From Nitrososphaerota archaeon (GTDB taxonomy: Archaea; Thermoproteota; Nitrososphaeria; Nitrososphaerales; Nitrosopumilaceae), in assembly GCA_022573895.1 (NCBI GenBank), contig JACZTB010000029.1, positions 1-22,466 of the forward strand: a stretch of 22,466 nt of DNA. The letters run 5' to 3'. Each line of letters starts with the position of its first letter. The first letter of the stretch is position 1. Below, one piece after another: positions 15,863 to 22,466 of the stretch. Position numbers and translations under genes: made by a program. The notes under the pieces were generated by a model. The model was not told the DNA's origin and ran no database searches. It saw only the letters and a program-made list of their open reading frames with translations.

Positions 15863-16972
15863 TTATTGTCCTTTTTGTCGCCTAAACGGGGGGCTTTTTC
15901 TTCTACTAATAGCAATTCCAATACCTGCCGCAATTATTGTGATAATAATACCTGCTGTAACGTATGTGCCTTGTTCACCAGTAAGTTCTCCTAGTTTTAA
16001 TGCCTTACCAGGAGCCTCATTAATGTAAACTATCGCTCCAAATTCTGGAGTGACTGTATTGTGATATGCTTCAGTGATCCCACTAAAACTAAAACCAGGA
16101 TCTACTCCACCACCGATTACATAGATATTATTTTCAACGGTTGCCGACGCTAAACCATGTCGTGAAATTGGTATTGGTTGTTGTGGAAACCATCCTTTCC
16201 CTGGAACGTATGCTTCATTTTCCTCAAAGGTTTTGAGAGTACTTTCTCCACCAAACACAAAGATTGCACCACTTAGAACAGATGCAGTTAACCCACTTCT
16301 TGCTGTTGGCAAAGGATCGAGAACCACCCAAGAATCTGTTTTGTAGTCATACATTTCATTTGAATTTAGATTAATTTGTTTACCTCTGCCGCCAATCACA
16401 TACAATTTTTCATCTAAAACTGCAGAAGCTAAATGCTCTCGTGGCGTAGGCATTTGAGATTTTGTTTTCCACGTGTTTGTTTTTGGATCATAAACTTCAT
16501 TTTCAGAAAGAGTAAATTCATTGAATCCACCTATAGCATATAGCTTGCCATCAAGAAATTGTGCAGTCAGTGCTCCACGTGCGGTTGGCATGTCAGGTCC
16601 AACAGTCCAAGTATCAGTTCTAGAATCATAAATCAACAATGAGATAGACGGTCTCCAAGCATCAAGATAGCCTCCAACCACGTACAATTTTTCATTAAAT
16701 GAAGTTGTACCTGCGTGATGCAAAGACAATGGCATTGAAGTTCCTAAATTCCATGTATTTTCTTTTGTGTCATAGATGAAAACTGTGTTAGTAGCTTCTC
16801 CTCTGTTGTTTAATCCCCCAACAACATAGATCTTATCACCTATTGCGGCTGCTTCTATCTCAGATCTTACTTCAGGCATATCATTCAACCTCTGCCAACC
16901 TTCTGATGGCTCTTGTGCAAATGATAGTGGAAATGAAACAATCAATGGTAGTAAAAAGAATACAAACTTCAA
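15863..16972 (-). CDS. secreted, C-terminally membrane-anchored Kelch-repeat beta-propeller protein
   Basis: The signal peptide is MKFVFFLLPLIVSFPLSFAQE. Six Kelch-like blades are marked by KIYVVGG, KLYVVGGY, KLYAIGGF, KLYVIGGR, AIFVFGGE and NIYVIGGG. A C-terminal TM helix AGIIITIIAAGIGIAI is followed by a basic tail. The start is TTG; no in-frame ATG would preserve the signal peptide. Confidence 0.85.
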   Translation of the reverse strand: MKFVFFLLPLIVSFPLSFAQEPSEGWQRLNDMPEVRSEIEAAAIGDKIYVVGGLNNRGEATNTVFIYDTKENTWNLGTSMPLSLHHAGTTSFNEKLYVVGGYLDAWRPSISLLIYDSRTDTWTVGPDMPTARGALTAQFLDGKLYAIGGFNEFTLSENEVYDPKTNTWKTKSQMPTPREHLASAVLDEKLYVIGGRGKQINLNSNEMYDYKTDSWVVLDPLPTARSGLTASVLSGAIFVFGGESTLKTFEENEAYVPGKGWFPQQPIPISRHGLASATVENNIYVIGGGVDPGFSFSGITEAYHNTVTPEFGAIVYINEAPGKALKLGELTGEQGTYVTAGIIITIIAAGIGIAISRRKSPPFRRQKGQ

Positions 16973-17070
16973 CGATTCCTAATAGAATTAATATGAATTA
17001 AAATGTACTTGCATTTTGACATTATTTTTATGATTTCAATTTTTCAATCAGCTTTTCTTTTTTTATTCTG

Positions 17071-17096
17071 AATTACATTTGATATGAACTGTCAAC
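17071..17096. promoter_or_regulatory. quasi-palindromic intergenic motif, copy 2
   Basis: AATTACATTTGATATGAACTGTCAAC is identical to copy 1 and lies ~100-120 nt upstream of the Kelch gene start (16972, minus strand). Confidence 0.45.
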
Positions 17097-17439
17097 GAAT
17101 TAACTTTCCATTATAATGTGGATTAGAGGGATTTTTTAGGAATGAAACGGGGGCTTCTATTTTTACTCTTTGTTGATAAACTCGTTTACGCTTTATCTCA
17201 AATGTAAATGATGGTTTTTGTTTGAGTATGAGATAACAATAATGGAACTCAAAAAAGAGACGCTACAGTACCAACTCCCATCCGTTCCACAACTTTTAGA
17301 GAATTTAACTGATCAAATAATTCCCCTCGAGGGTTTTACATAAAGGAACCATTTTAGTGAGCAAATTGGTGGGTTGCTGGTTAGTTCTACTGTGTCCAAA
17401 ATTATCACTAAACACATTCAAGTCTTATAGGATTCTATG

Positions 17440-17463
17440 TTAACATTTGATACGAACTGTTAA
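17440..17463. promoter_or_regulatory. quasi-palindromic intergenic motif, copy 3 (variant subtype)
   Basis: In TTAACATTTGATACGAACTGTTAA the outer arms TTAACA/TGTTAA form a perfect 6-bp inverted repeat spaced by 12 nt. It lies in a ~720-nt stretch (16973-17694) with no convincing ORF. Confidence 0.4.
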
Positions 17464-17482
17464 TGATAAAATGTAGGTTTCT

Positions 17483-17514
17483 GTTTGTGATTGGGTCTTT
17501 ACCTAATCACAAAC
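17483..17514. other. perfect 10-bp inverted repeat (hairpin) in a non-coding region
   Basis: GTTTGTGATT (17483-17492) pairs with AATCACAAAC (17505-17514) around a 12-nt loop. Confidence 0.4.
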
Positions 17515-17694
17515 CGCCCACCAATCGATATAATCGATAAAATATTCATACAACTATGAGAATTAAGGATTGCCTTTTGTAAATTTAGATTTGGTTAACC
17601 ATAGTGATATTGTCGATAATTGTAAATGAAACATTAATCAAATGGAATAATAGATGAGGGCATTATTCAAATTAGACAACTAAAAACCTTCAAC

Positions 17695-18066
17695 ATGGAT
17701 CATCACTCCTTTAATGATTGGCTGCAGCTGTACAGTAAAGCTTGGACACAACGTAGGCCAGAGCTAATCAATGATTTATTTACACAAGATGCAAAATATT
17801 TTGAAAAACCATTTTCAGCTCCATTTGAAGGAATTGATGCAATTATTCGGTACTGGCAAGGAATATCTGAATCGCAAAAAGATATCTCTTTTGAATATAA
17901 AATCATTTCAGTAAATAATGAGGTAGGAATTGCACACTTTGTGGCATCTTTTTTGCGCAGTCCAGGAGATGTACATGTTAAGCTCGATGGAATTTTTCAG
18001 GTAACTCTTAGTTCTCAAAACAAATGTACTAGTTTTTCAGAGTGGTGGCAAAGCCAGAAAAACTAG
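17695..18066 (+). CDS. NTF2-like / SnoaL-like fold protein, 123 aa
   Basis: W...Y..AW....PELI..LFT.DA.Y.E.PF..PF.G.DAI..YW is the typical SnoaL/NTF2-like N-terminal helix pattern, and the size is right for the fold. ATG start. Confidence 0.6.
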   Translation: MDHHSFNDWLQLYSKAWTQRRPELINDLFTQDAKYFEKPFSAPFEGIDAIIRYWQGISESQKDISFEYKIISVNNEVGIAHFVASFLRSPGDVHVKLDGIFQVTLSSQNKCTSFSEWWQSQKN

Positions 18067-18134
18067 TAATTTACTATTTTCTGACACCATGAATACCGAA
18101 AGTACACTCAGCACAGATTTTTTCTGCGGTTAAG

Positions 18135-18734
18135 TTACTTGTATTCGTTTACCTGCTCTTTAGACAATGTCATGATCATTCTTAGTGGATTTACCAAATC
18201 ATCAATTATTTCATAAAGTATGCCTTCACCACCCTCTAATTCAATTATTAATTTGTCGCCGGTCTTAACACTCGCGAAATTATATTTACCACTAGTTTTT
18301 AGCTGTTCTATTCCTTCAGGTAAAATCTCAAACATTTTGAGTAGCTTACCATCTCTTCTCAACGGCGTCATCATTATGTATCCTTTTTTTCTAATCATCT
18401 CAAGCGCTTGCTGTACTGCAGGTATTGGTTCTTCAAGATACATTGCGCACTCCTTATCAGATAGCGGCTTTATGCGTAACAACTTTAACAAATTCATCCA
18501 TAAAGGAGACTCTGAATCCCAGAAAGTATTCATTCCAGTTTTTGTTATTTTGAACAAACCTTCATCACTTTTGGAAAGAAGATTCTTTTCTTGTAGTGTA
18601 GTAAACTTTTCTGCATATTCCCATATCCCTGGTGTGAAAACATCGGGTTGACTAATGTTTTCAGGACTAATGCCATTTTTTGATTTTCTAACTCGGTATA
18701 AAATTTCCAAATCTATATAATCAAAATCATACAA
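18135..18734 (-). CDS. hypothetical protein, 199 aa, possibly two winged-helix (wHTH) modules
   Basis: The N-terminus DLEILYRVRKSKNGISPENIS and a later segment CAMYLEEPIPAVQQALEMIRKKGYIMMTPLRRDGKLLKMFEILPEG both resemble wHTH recognition helix plus wing. The start is TTG, and the next in-frame Met is residue 68. A TATA-like tttgtataag on the minus strand (18748-18757) lies 14-23 nt upstream. Confidence 0.5.
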   Translation of the reverse strand: MYDFDYIDLEILYRVRKSKNGISPENISQPDVFTPGIWEYAEKFTTLQEKNLLSKSDEGLFKITKTGMNTFWDSESPLWMNLLKLLRIKPLSDKECAMYLEEPIPAVQQALEMIRKKGYIMMTPLRRDGKLLKMFEILPEGIEQLKTSGKYNFASVKTGDKLIIELEGGEGILYEIIDDLVNPLRMIMTLSKEQVNEYK

Positions 18735-18766
18735 TTATCATCACTTTCTTATACAAATGACATTGA

Positions 18767-18790
18767 TTAACATTTGATACAAACTGTTAT
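18767..18790. promoter_or_regulatory. quasi-palindromic intergenic motif, copy 4 (variant subtype)
   Basis: TTAACATTTGATACAAACTGTTAT lies 33-56 nt upstream of the start of the putative wHTH gene (18734, minus strand), immediately distal to its TATA-like box. Confidence 0.45.
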
Positions 18791-18890
18791 TGGGTCCAAA
18801 ATAATCACCAAAAACATTCTAATCCTGCCGATCCCATTTTGGTTAACTCAAACAAAATCAATCACGAAAACAGTTCAAATCTTATAGGAT

Positions 18891-19220
18891 TCATCTTGGA
18901 AAATAAAACATCACAGCAACACCAATCAAAACTACTACTGAACCAATAATCTCAAATCTGTCTGGTTTTTTCTTATCAATCCAATAACCCCAGATAATTG
19001 ATGATACAACAAAAATTCCCCCATACGTTGCATACACTTTACCAAAGTCTGCAGGCTGCAAAGTCATAACAATTCCATAAGAAAATAGAATTAATGCTCC
19101 AACCAAACCAAAAATCTTTGTTTTATGATCTTTCAACCATTTCCATACGAGATACCCTCCACCAATTTCTAGCAGTGCTGCAAAAAAGAATATTCCCAAA
19201 GTAGATGTTACTTCGACCAA
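18891..19220 (-). CDS. YnfA-family (UPF0060) small membrane protein, paralog B
   Basis: [15 protein letters not shown] ... [45 protein letters not shown] is collinear with E. coli YnfA (CEI.GC.LPWLWLK ... [10 protein letters not shown] ... W...VDG.K....D..GA.I.L.G). It has four predicted TM helices, a TTG start, and overlaps the upstream paralog by 13 nt. Confidence 0.8.
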   Translation of the reverse strand: MVEVTSTLGIFFFAALLEIGGGYLVWKWLKDHKTKIFGLVGALILFSYGIVMTLQPADFGKVYATYGGIFVVSSIIWGYWIDKKKPDRFEIIGSVVVLIGVAVMFYFPR

Positions 19221-19579
19221 ACCTTCTCTCCTTTTCTTGGGTAGTAGAAAATTATCAAAACCCCAATCACTGCAATTATTGTTCCAATAATGTCATAGTT
19301 GTCAGGCTTGACTCCATCAATCAACCAGCCCCACAATACAGCCATTACAATAAAGACGCCTCCATAAGCTGCGTAAACTCTATGAAAGTGAGCTTTCTGA
19401 AATGTTGGAACTATTCCATATAGAAATAATACAAATCCTCCTACTGCACCTAACATCCAGCTGAAATCTTCACGCAACCAAAGCCAAACAAGATAACCTC
19501 CACCAATCTCACAAAGACCAGCAAGAAAGAATAGAAATACTGAAGTTAGAATTTTTTTGCTACCATTCTGCATTTGCAT
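19208..19579 (-). CDS. ynfA: YnfA-family (UPF0060) small membrane protein, paralog A
   Basis: [16 protein letters not shown] ... [44 protein letters not shown] closely matches the YnfA pattern. ATG start. Confidence 0.85.
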   Translation of the reverse strand: MQMQNGSKKILTSVFLFFLAGLCEIGGGYLVWLWLREDFSWMLGAVGGFVLFLYGIVPTFQKAHFHRVYAAYGGVFIVMAVLWGWLIDGVKPDNYDIIGTIIAVIGVLIIFYYPRKGEKVWSK

Positions 19580-19709
19580 TTAATTTGGAAATAAGGATAA
19601 AAAGTTGCTTTCATCCCTTGGGTTCTCTGTAAAGAATGTGATATGTTGTAAATCTATATGTTGACAATCAAGAAGATTATATTATAGGTTGAATGACGAA
19701 CAAATACTA

Positions 19710-20066
19710 ATGGGATTCTCTGACTTATTTAGCAAAAAGAAAAAGGAAGAACTAGAATCAACACCAGAACCATCTAAAGAAGAATCAACTCCAGAACCAG
19801 CTAAAGAAGAATCAACTCCAGAACCATCTAAAGAAGAATCAACTCCAGAACCAGCTAAAGAAGAATCAACTCCAGAACCATCTAAAGAAGAATCAACACC
19901 AGAACCATCTAAAGAAGAATCAACACCAGAACCATCTAAAGAAGAATCAACTCCAGAACCATCTAAAGAAGAATCAACACCAGAACCATCTAAAGAAGAA
20001 TCAACACCAGAACCAGCTAAAGAAGAATCAACTCCAGAACCATCTAAAGAAGAATCAAACCCATAA
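19710..20066 (+). CDS. low-complexity repeat protein (ESTPEP[S/A]KE x 11), ending at a TAA that may be a nonsense mutation
   Basis: The N-terminus from the first ATG (19710) is MGFSDLFSKKKKEELE; the track start at 19689 is TTG. The rest is the 27-bp repeat array. The plus strand is preferred over the mirror ORF 19682..20287 because a zinc-ribbon coding segment follows in the same frame. Confidence 0.45.
   Translation: MGFSDLFSKKKKEELESTPEPSKEESTPEPAKEESTPEPSKEESTPEPAKEESTPEPSKEESTPEPSKEESTPEPSKEESTPEPSKEESTPEPSKEESTPEPAKEESTPEPSKEESNP
19755..20063 (+). repeat. 27-bp tandem repeat, 11 full units plus a partial 12th
   Basis: The unit is gaatcaacWccagaaccaKctaaagaa. Units differ only at two positions (aca/act, synonymous; tct/gct, Ser/Ala), in the order S A S A S S S S S A S. 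Confidence 0.95.
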
Positions 20067-20264
20067 ATAAAACTGAATTTCTGTACATCTGTGACACAAT
20101 GTAACAGCATATGCATACTATACAAATCGGATCTTGGAACTAACAGGTACTCTACAGGCCAGAAATGGTGTTCATACTGTGGAAGATTTTTGGAGACAGA
20201 CAAATTCACTTGTCCCTGTTGCAGTATCAGATTGCGTTCTAGCAGGAGATGCAAAGCAAAATGA
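20067..20264 (+). other. in-frame continuation after the TAA, encoding a Cys-rich zinc-ribbon segment (no in-frame ATG)
   Basis: This is the same frame as 19689/19710 (0 mod 3). It reads IKLNFCTSVTQCNSICILYKSDLGTNRYSTGQKWCSYCGRFLETDKFTCPCCSIRLRSSRRCKAK*, containing CxxC-x10-CxCC. The only in-frame starts are CTG 20073 and GTG 20091. Confidence 0.4.
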
Positions 20265-20502
20265 AAACTAGACTTTTGATAATTCACGCCTAAATGGGGC
20301 CGATATAGTGTGCAAAAAGGTTGACTACTAGTCGGCTCCCTAGTATTTTATTGACAAATCATTAGTATGATTTCTACGACTCAATTAAATACAAATTCCA
20401 CAAATCATGCTTATGACGATAATGTACATTCCTATAAGGCCATCACGAAGAAATGATGATGAATTTGAAGATTAATTTATTTTAATTTTAGATTTTTTAA
20501 CT

Positions 20503-22275
20503 TTATCTTAATTCATCCACACAAAAAATTACTTCTGATGATGAAGCTGCATTATCTGACACAAGGAAATTAATTGCATCCGCAATTCTTTGATTGTTTG
20601 GCTCTGCACCTGTTATTGTACCTGGTAATATTGTAAACATTCTAATTTTTGACTTTAGAACATCACTTAATTCTTGATTGACTGTAGTTGTAAATGGTCT
20701 TAACGCACCCCTGAAAACTTCCACTTGGGCTCTTTGGGTTCCTGTAACTTTTCTTCCAATTGGTAAGTCTGGACCGATAATCATAATTGCACCTTTTGTA
20801 TCTTTGTAAAGACGAGGATCTATACTTCCCCCTGGAACAAATTGTTCAAGTGCTCTCTGAGCAACAGTTGCTGGAGTTGAGATGAATTTTTCAACGAGTT
20901 CTTCCCATTCTGCTCTTGATAATTCGGTTAATTTTGAGATTTCGGGCAATTTTCCAGTAACATGAATTACTGCTAAAATTTCACCATGATTAGTTTTAGC
21001 AGTATTAAGCCATTTTTCTACCTCTTCAGGATTCTTGATATCTATTATGTGGGAATGAAATTTACCACTAATGTATTCCTGAAGTGCTTTTGGTGTTGAT
21101 TGTGAAATGAAACATGCAACCTTTCCCCCATTCTTTTCAACATGTTGTGCCAAAAATTCCACTCTTTCTGCATCTATTTTATCCGTTACATCAATGGTAA
21201 ATACAATTAATTTTCCTCCAAAGTCTGGTTGGTGAATTCTCGGTGTTGTGGTCCCCACATGTGGTTTCACAGGATAAAATACTCTATCTCCAGGAACCAC
21301 CTTTCCATTTAGAATTTTTGCTATTTTATCATCACACAAGTTAAGAACTGATTCTGCAACTTGTTCTTGTGATAGGAACTCTTGATTCGCAATCATATGC
21401 GATGTGTTGTTTTGTACTTTTTCAGCAATAGTTTGAATTTTATTTAACAGATTTGTGAATGTCTCAGTTAGTTTTGAAACATCTTTTCCATTTGCTAGTT
21501 TTTCTGCAGCCTTTGAAATTCCTTCTTTGATCACATTTTCATCTTCTCCTAATAATGGAAGTAATTCTTGGTTTGCTGAATTTACTTCTGTTGGGGCTAA
21601 ATCCTCAAATCCACTGACTCTCATAAATTCTGCTGCTGCTTTAGGATAAACAGTCTTGTAAATTCGATCAGAATGAACTGGTCCTGGATTTGTTGCAATG
21701 GATATTATTCCTTTATCTATTAATTCCCATGACATTGCCTCAGCTAGTCTGTTCTTTGCACCTTGGGCTGCAGTATATGGACTTCTAAATCTATATGGTC
21801 TTTGTTCTAATGGTCGTTCTTCAGTAAAGAATGTTGAAATTGTAATAATCTTACCTCCTTTCTTCATTACTTTTAGTGCTTGTACAGAACCCCAGAAAGT
21901 ACCCGTAAGATGAATTCCAATAGTACTTTTAAATTCATCAAGTGGTGCATTTACAAAACATGTGACAGGGCCCGAAACTCCTGCATTGTTAACTACGTAA
22001 TCTACAGTAACATTATCATTTTTGAGTGACTCAAACATATCATTAATTCCCTTCTCTTCACTAACATCAACTCCTGAAAAAATTTTAACTGATGCACCAC
22101 TATTTTTTTCTGAAATAATTTCTTTTAATATTGTTGATGTTTCTTCTAATGGTTCTCTTCTTCTTCCAAGGATAATTACACTTGCTCCATTTTCAACAAA
22201 TTTTTTGGCTATAGCTTTACCTATGCCAGTCCCACTACCTGTAATTAGAGCAACTCTGCTTTGAAATTTCAGCAT
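20503..22275 (-). CDS. two-domain short-chain dehydrogenase/reductase (SDR)-family oxidoreductase, 590 aa
   Basis: The N-terminal Rossmann motif is ALITGSGTGIGKAIAKKF, followed by VVNNAGVSG and YTAAQGAK (Tyr-x6-Lys spacing). The C-terminal ~250 aa (VACFISQS...VIHVTG...IMIIGP) look like a second, degenerate Rossmann-like domain. ATG start. Confidence 0.85.
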   Translation of the reverse strand: MLKFQSRVALITGSGTGIGKAIAKKFVENGASVIILGRRREPLEETSTILKEIISEKNSGASVKIFSGVDVSEEKGINDMFESLKNDNVTVDYVVNNAGVSGPVTCFVNAPLDEFKSTIGIHLTGTFWGSVQALKVMKKGGKIITISTFFTEERPLEQRPYRFRSPYTAAQGAKNRLAEAMSWELIDKGIISIATNPGPVHSDRIYKTVYPKAAAEFMRVSGFEDLAPTEVNSANQELLPLLGEDENVIKEGISKAAEKLANGKDVSKLTETFTNLLNKIQTIAEKVQNNTSHMIANQEFLSQEQVAESVLNLCDDKIAKILNGKVVPGDRVFYPVKPHVGTTTPRIHQPDFGGKLIVFTIDVTDKIDAERVEFLAQHVEKNGGKVACFISQSTPKALQEYISGKFHSHIIDIKNPEEVEKWLNTAKTNHGEILAVIHVTGKLPEISKLTELSRAEWEELVEKFISTPATVAQRALEQFVPGGSIDPRLYKDTKGAIMIIGPDLPIGRKVTGTQRAQVEVFRGALRPFTTTVNQELSDVLKSKIRMFTILPGTITGAEPNNQRIADAINFLVSDNAASSSEVIFCVDELR

Positions 22276-22373
22276 AGATATCGTGTCAAACCTTTTGTGA
22301 TATTTAATTGGATTGATCCTAGTAGAAAATAATTTCTTGATATCTTTATTTGTGGGTATGATTATGATTTTTT

Positions 22374-22466
22374 ATGCATGATACAGAGCCAGATACATTT
22401 GTCTATCAAACATGGCCTGAAAAATTTAGCAGTATGTTAAGTGAGATCGGAGTGGATTCAGTATCC
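22374..22466 (+). CDS. 5' end of a CDS running off the right edge (unknown)
   Basis: From ATG at 22374 the frame is open to the window end: MHDTEPDTFVYQTWPEKFSSMLSEIGVDSVS.. It is divergent from the SDR gene. Confidence 0.3.
   Translation, partial: MHDTEPDTFVYQTWPEKFSSMLSEIGVDSVS

Noticed and set aside
17242-17343. 33-aa ORF (MELKKETLQYQLPSVPQLLENLTDQIIPLEGFT) in the gene-free stretch
   Set aside because: It is too short, has no motif and has no supporting signal. It could arise by chance.
19755-20063. Possible CRISPR array
   Set aside because: The units are contiguous 27-bp tandem copies with no spacers, they lie in an open reading frame, and no cas genes are present.
19682-20287. 201-aa minus-strand ORF (GSGVDSSL[D/A] repeats)
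   Set aside because: This is the mirror image of the 27-bp repeat. Its non-repeat N-terminal part reads through the reverse complement of a clear CxxC...CxCC zinc-ribbon coding segment and looks non-protein-like. The plus strand is preferred, though this is not proven.

Overview
This is an AT-rich window with no visible Shine-Dalgarno sites. TATA-like boxes sit about 15-25 nt upstream of several start codons, and oligo-T runs follow genes. From this I infer an archaeal, possibly Nitrosopumilus-like, genome; this is inference, not a search result. The window splits in two.

(1) Positions ~1-14,000 look like an accessory/defence island. They contain an AbrB-type regulator and an HNH nuclease protein, then a TIR-like gene followed by an NYN (LabA-like) nuclease gene on the same strand. 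That pair is transcribed divergently, across only 36 bp, from a small Zn-binding protein plus a full-length OLD-family ATPase-TOPRIM nuclease. Further right are a second NYN paralog, an AbiV-like HEPN protein with a C-terminal C2H2 finger, a second TIR-like gene broken by one in-frame TAG, and two unknown proteins carrying RNxxxH (HEPN-type) motifs. One of those two lies in a two-gene cassette bracketed by direct repeats.

(2) Positions ~14,000-22,466 look more ordinary: small membrane and Cys-rich ORFs, a GYD-domain protein, a secreted membrane-anchored Kelch propeller, an NTF2/SnoaL-like protein, a putative double wHTH protein, two overlapping YnfA-family membrane genes, a 27-bp x ~11 tandem-repeat ORF that continues in frame past a TAA into a zinc ribbon, and a 590-aa two-domain SDR. 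This half also carries a quasi-palindromic ~18-26 nt intergenic motif present four times.

The best candidate for something new is the recurring TIR-like/NYN pairing, possibly acting together with the divergent OLD locus. All family calls come from motif reading by eye. No searches or computations were run.
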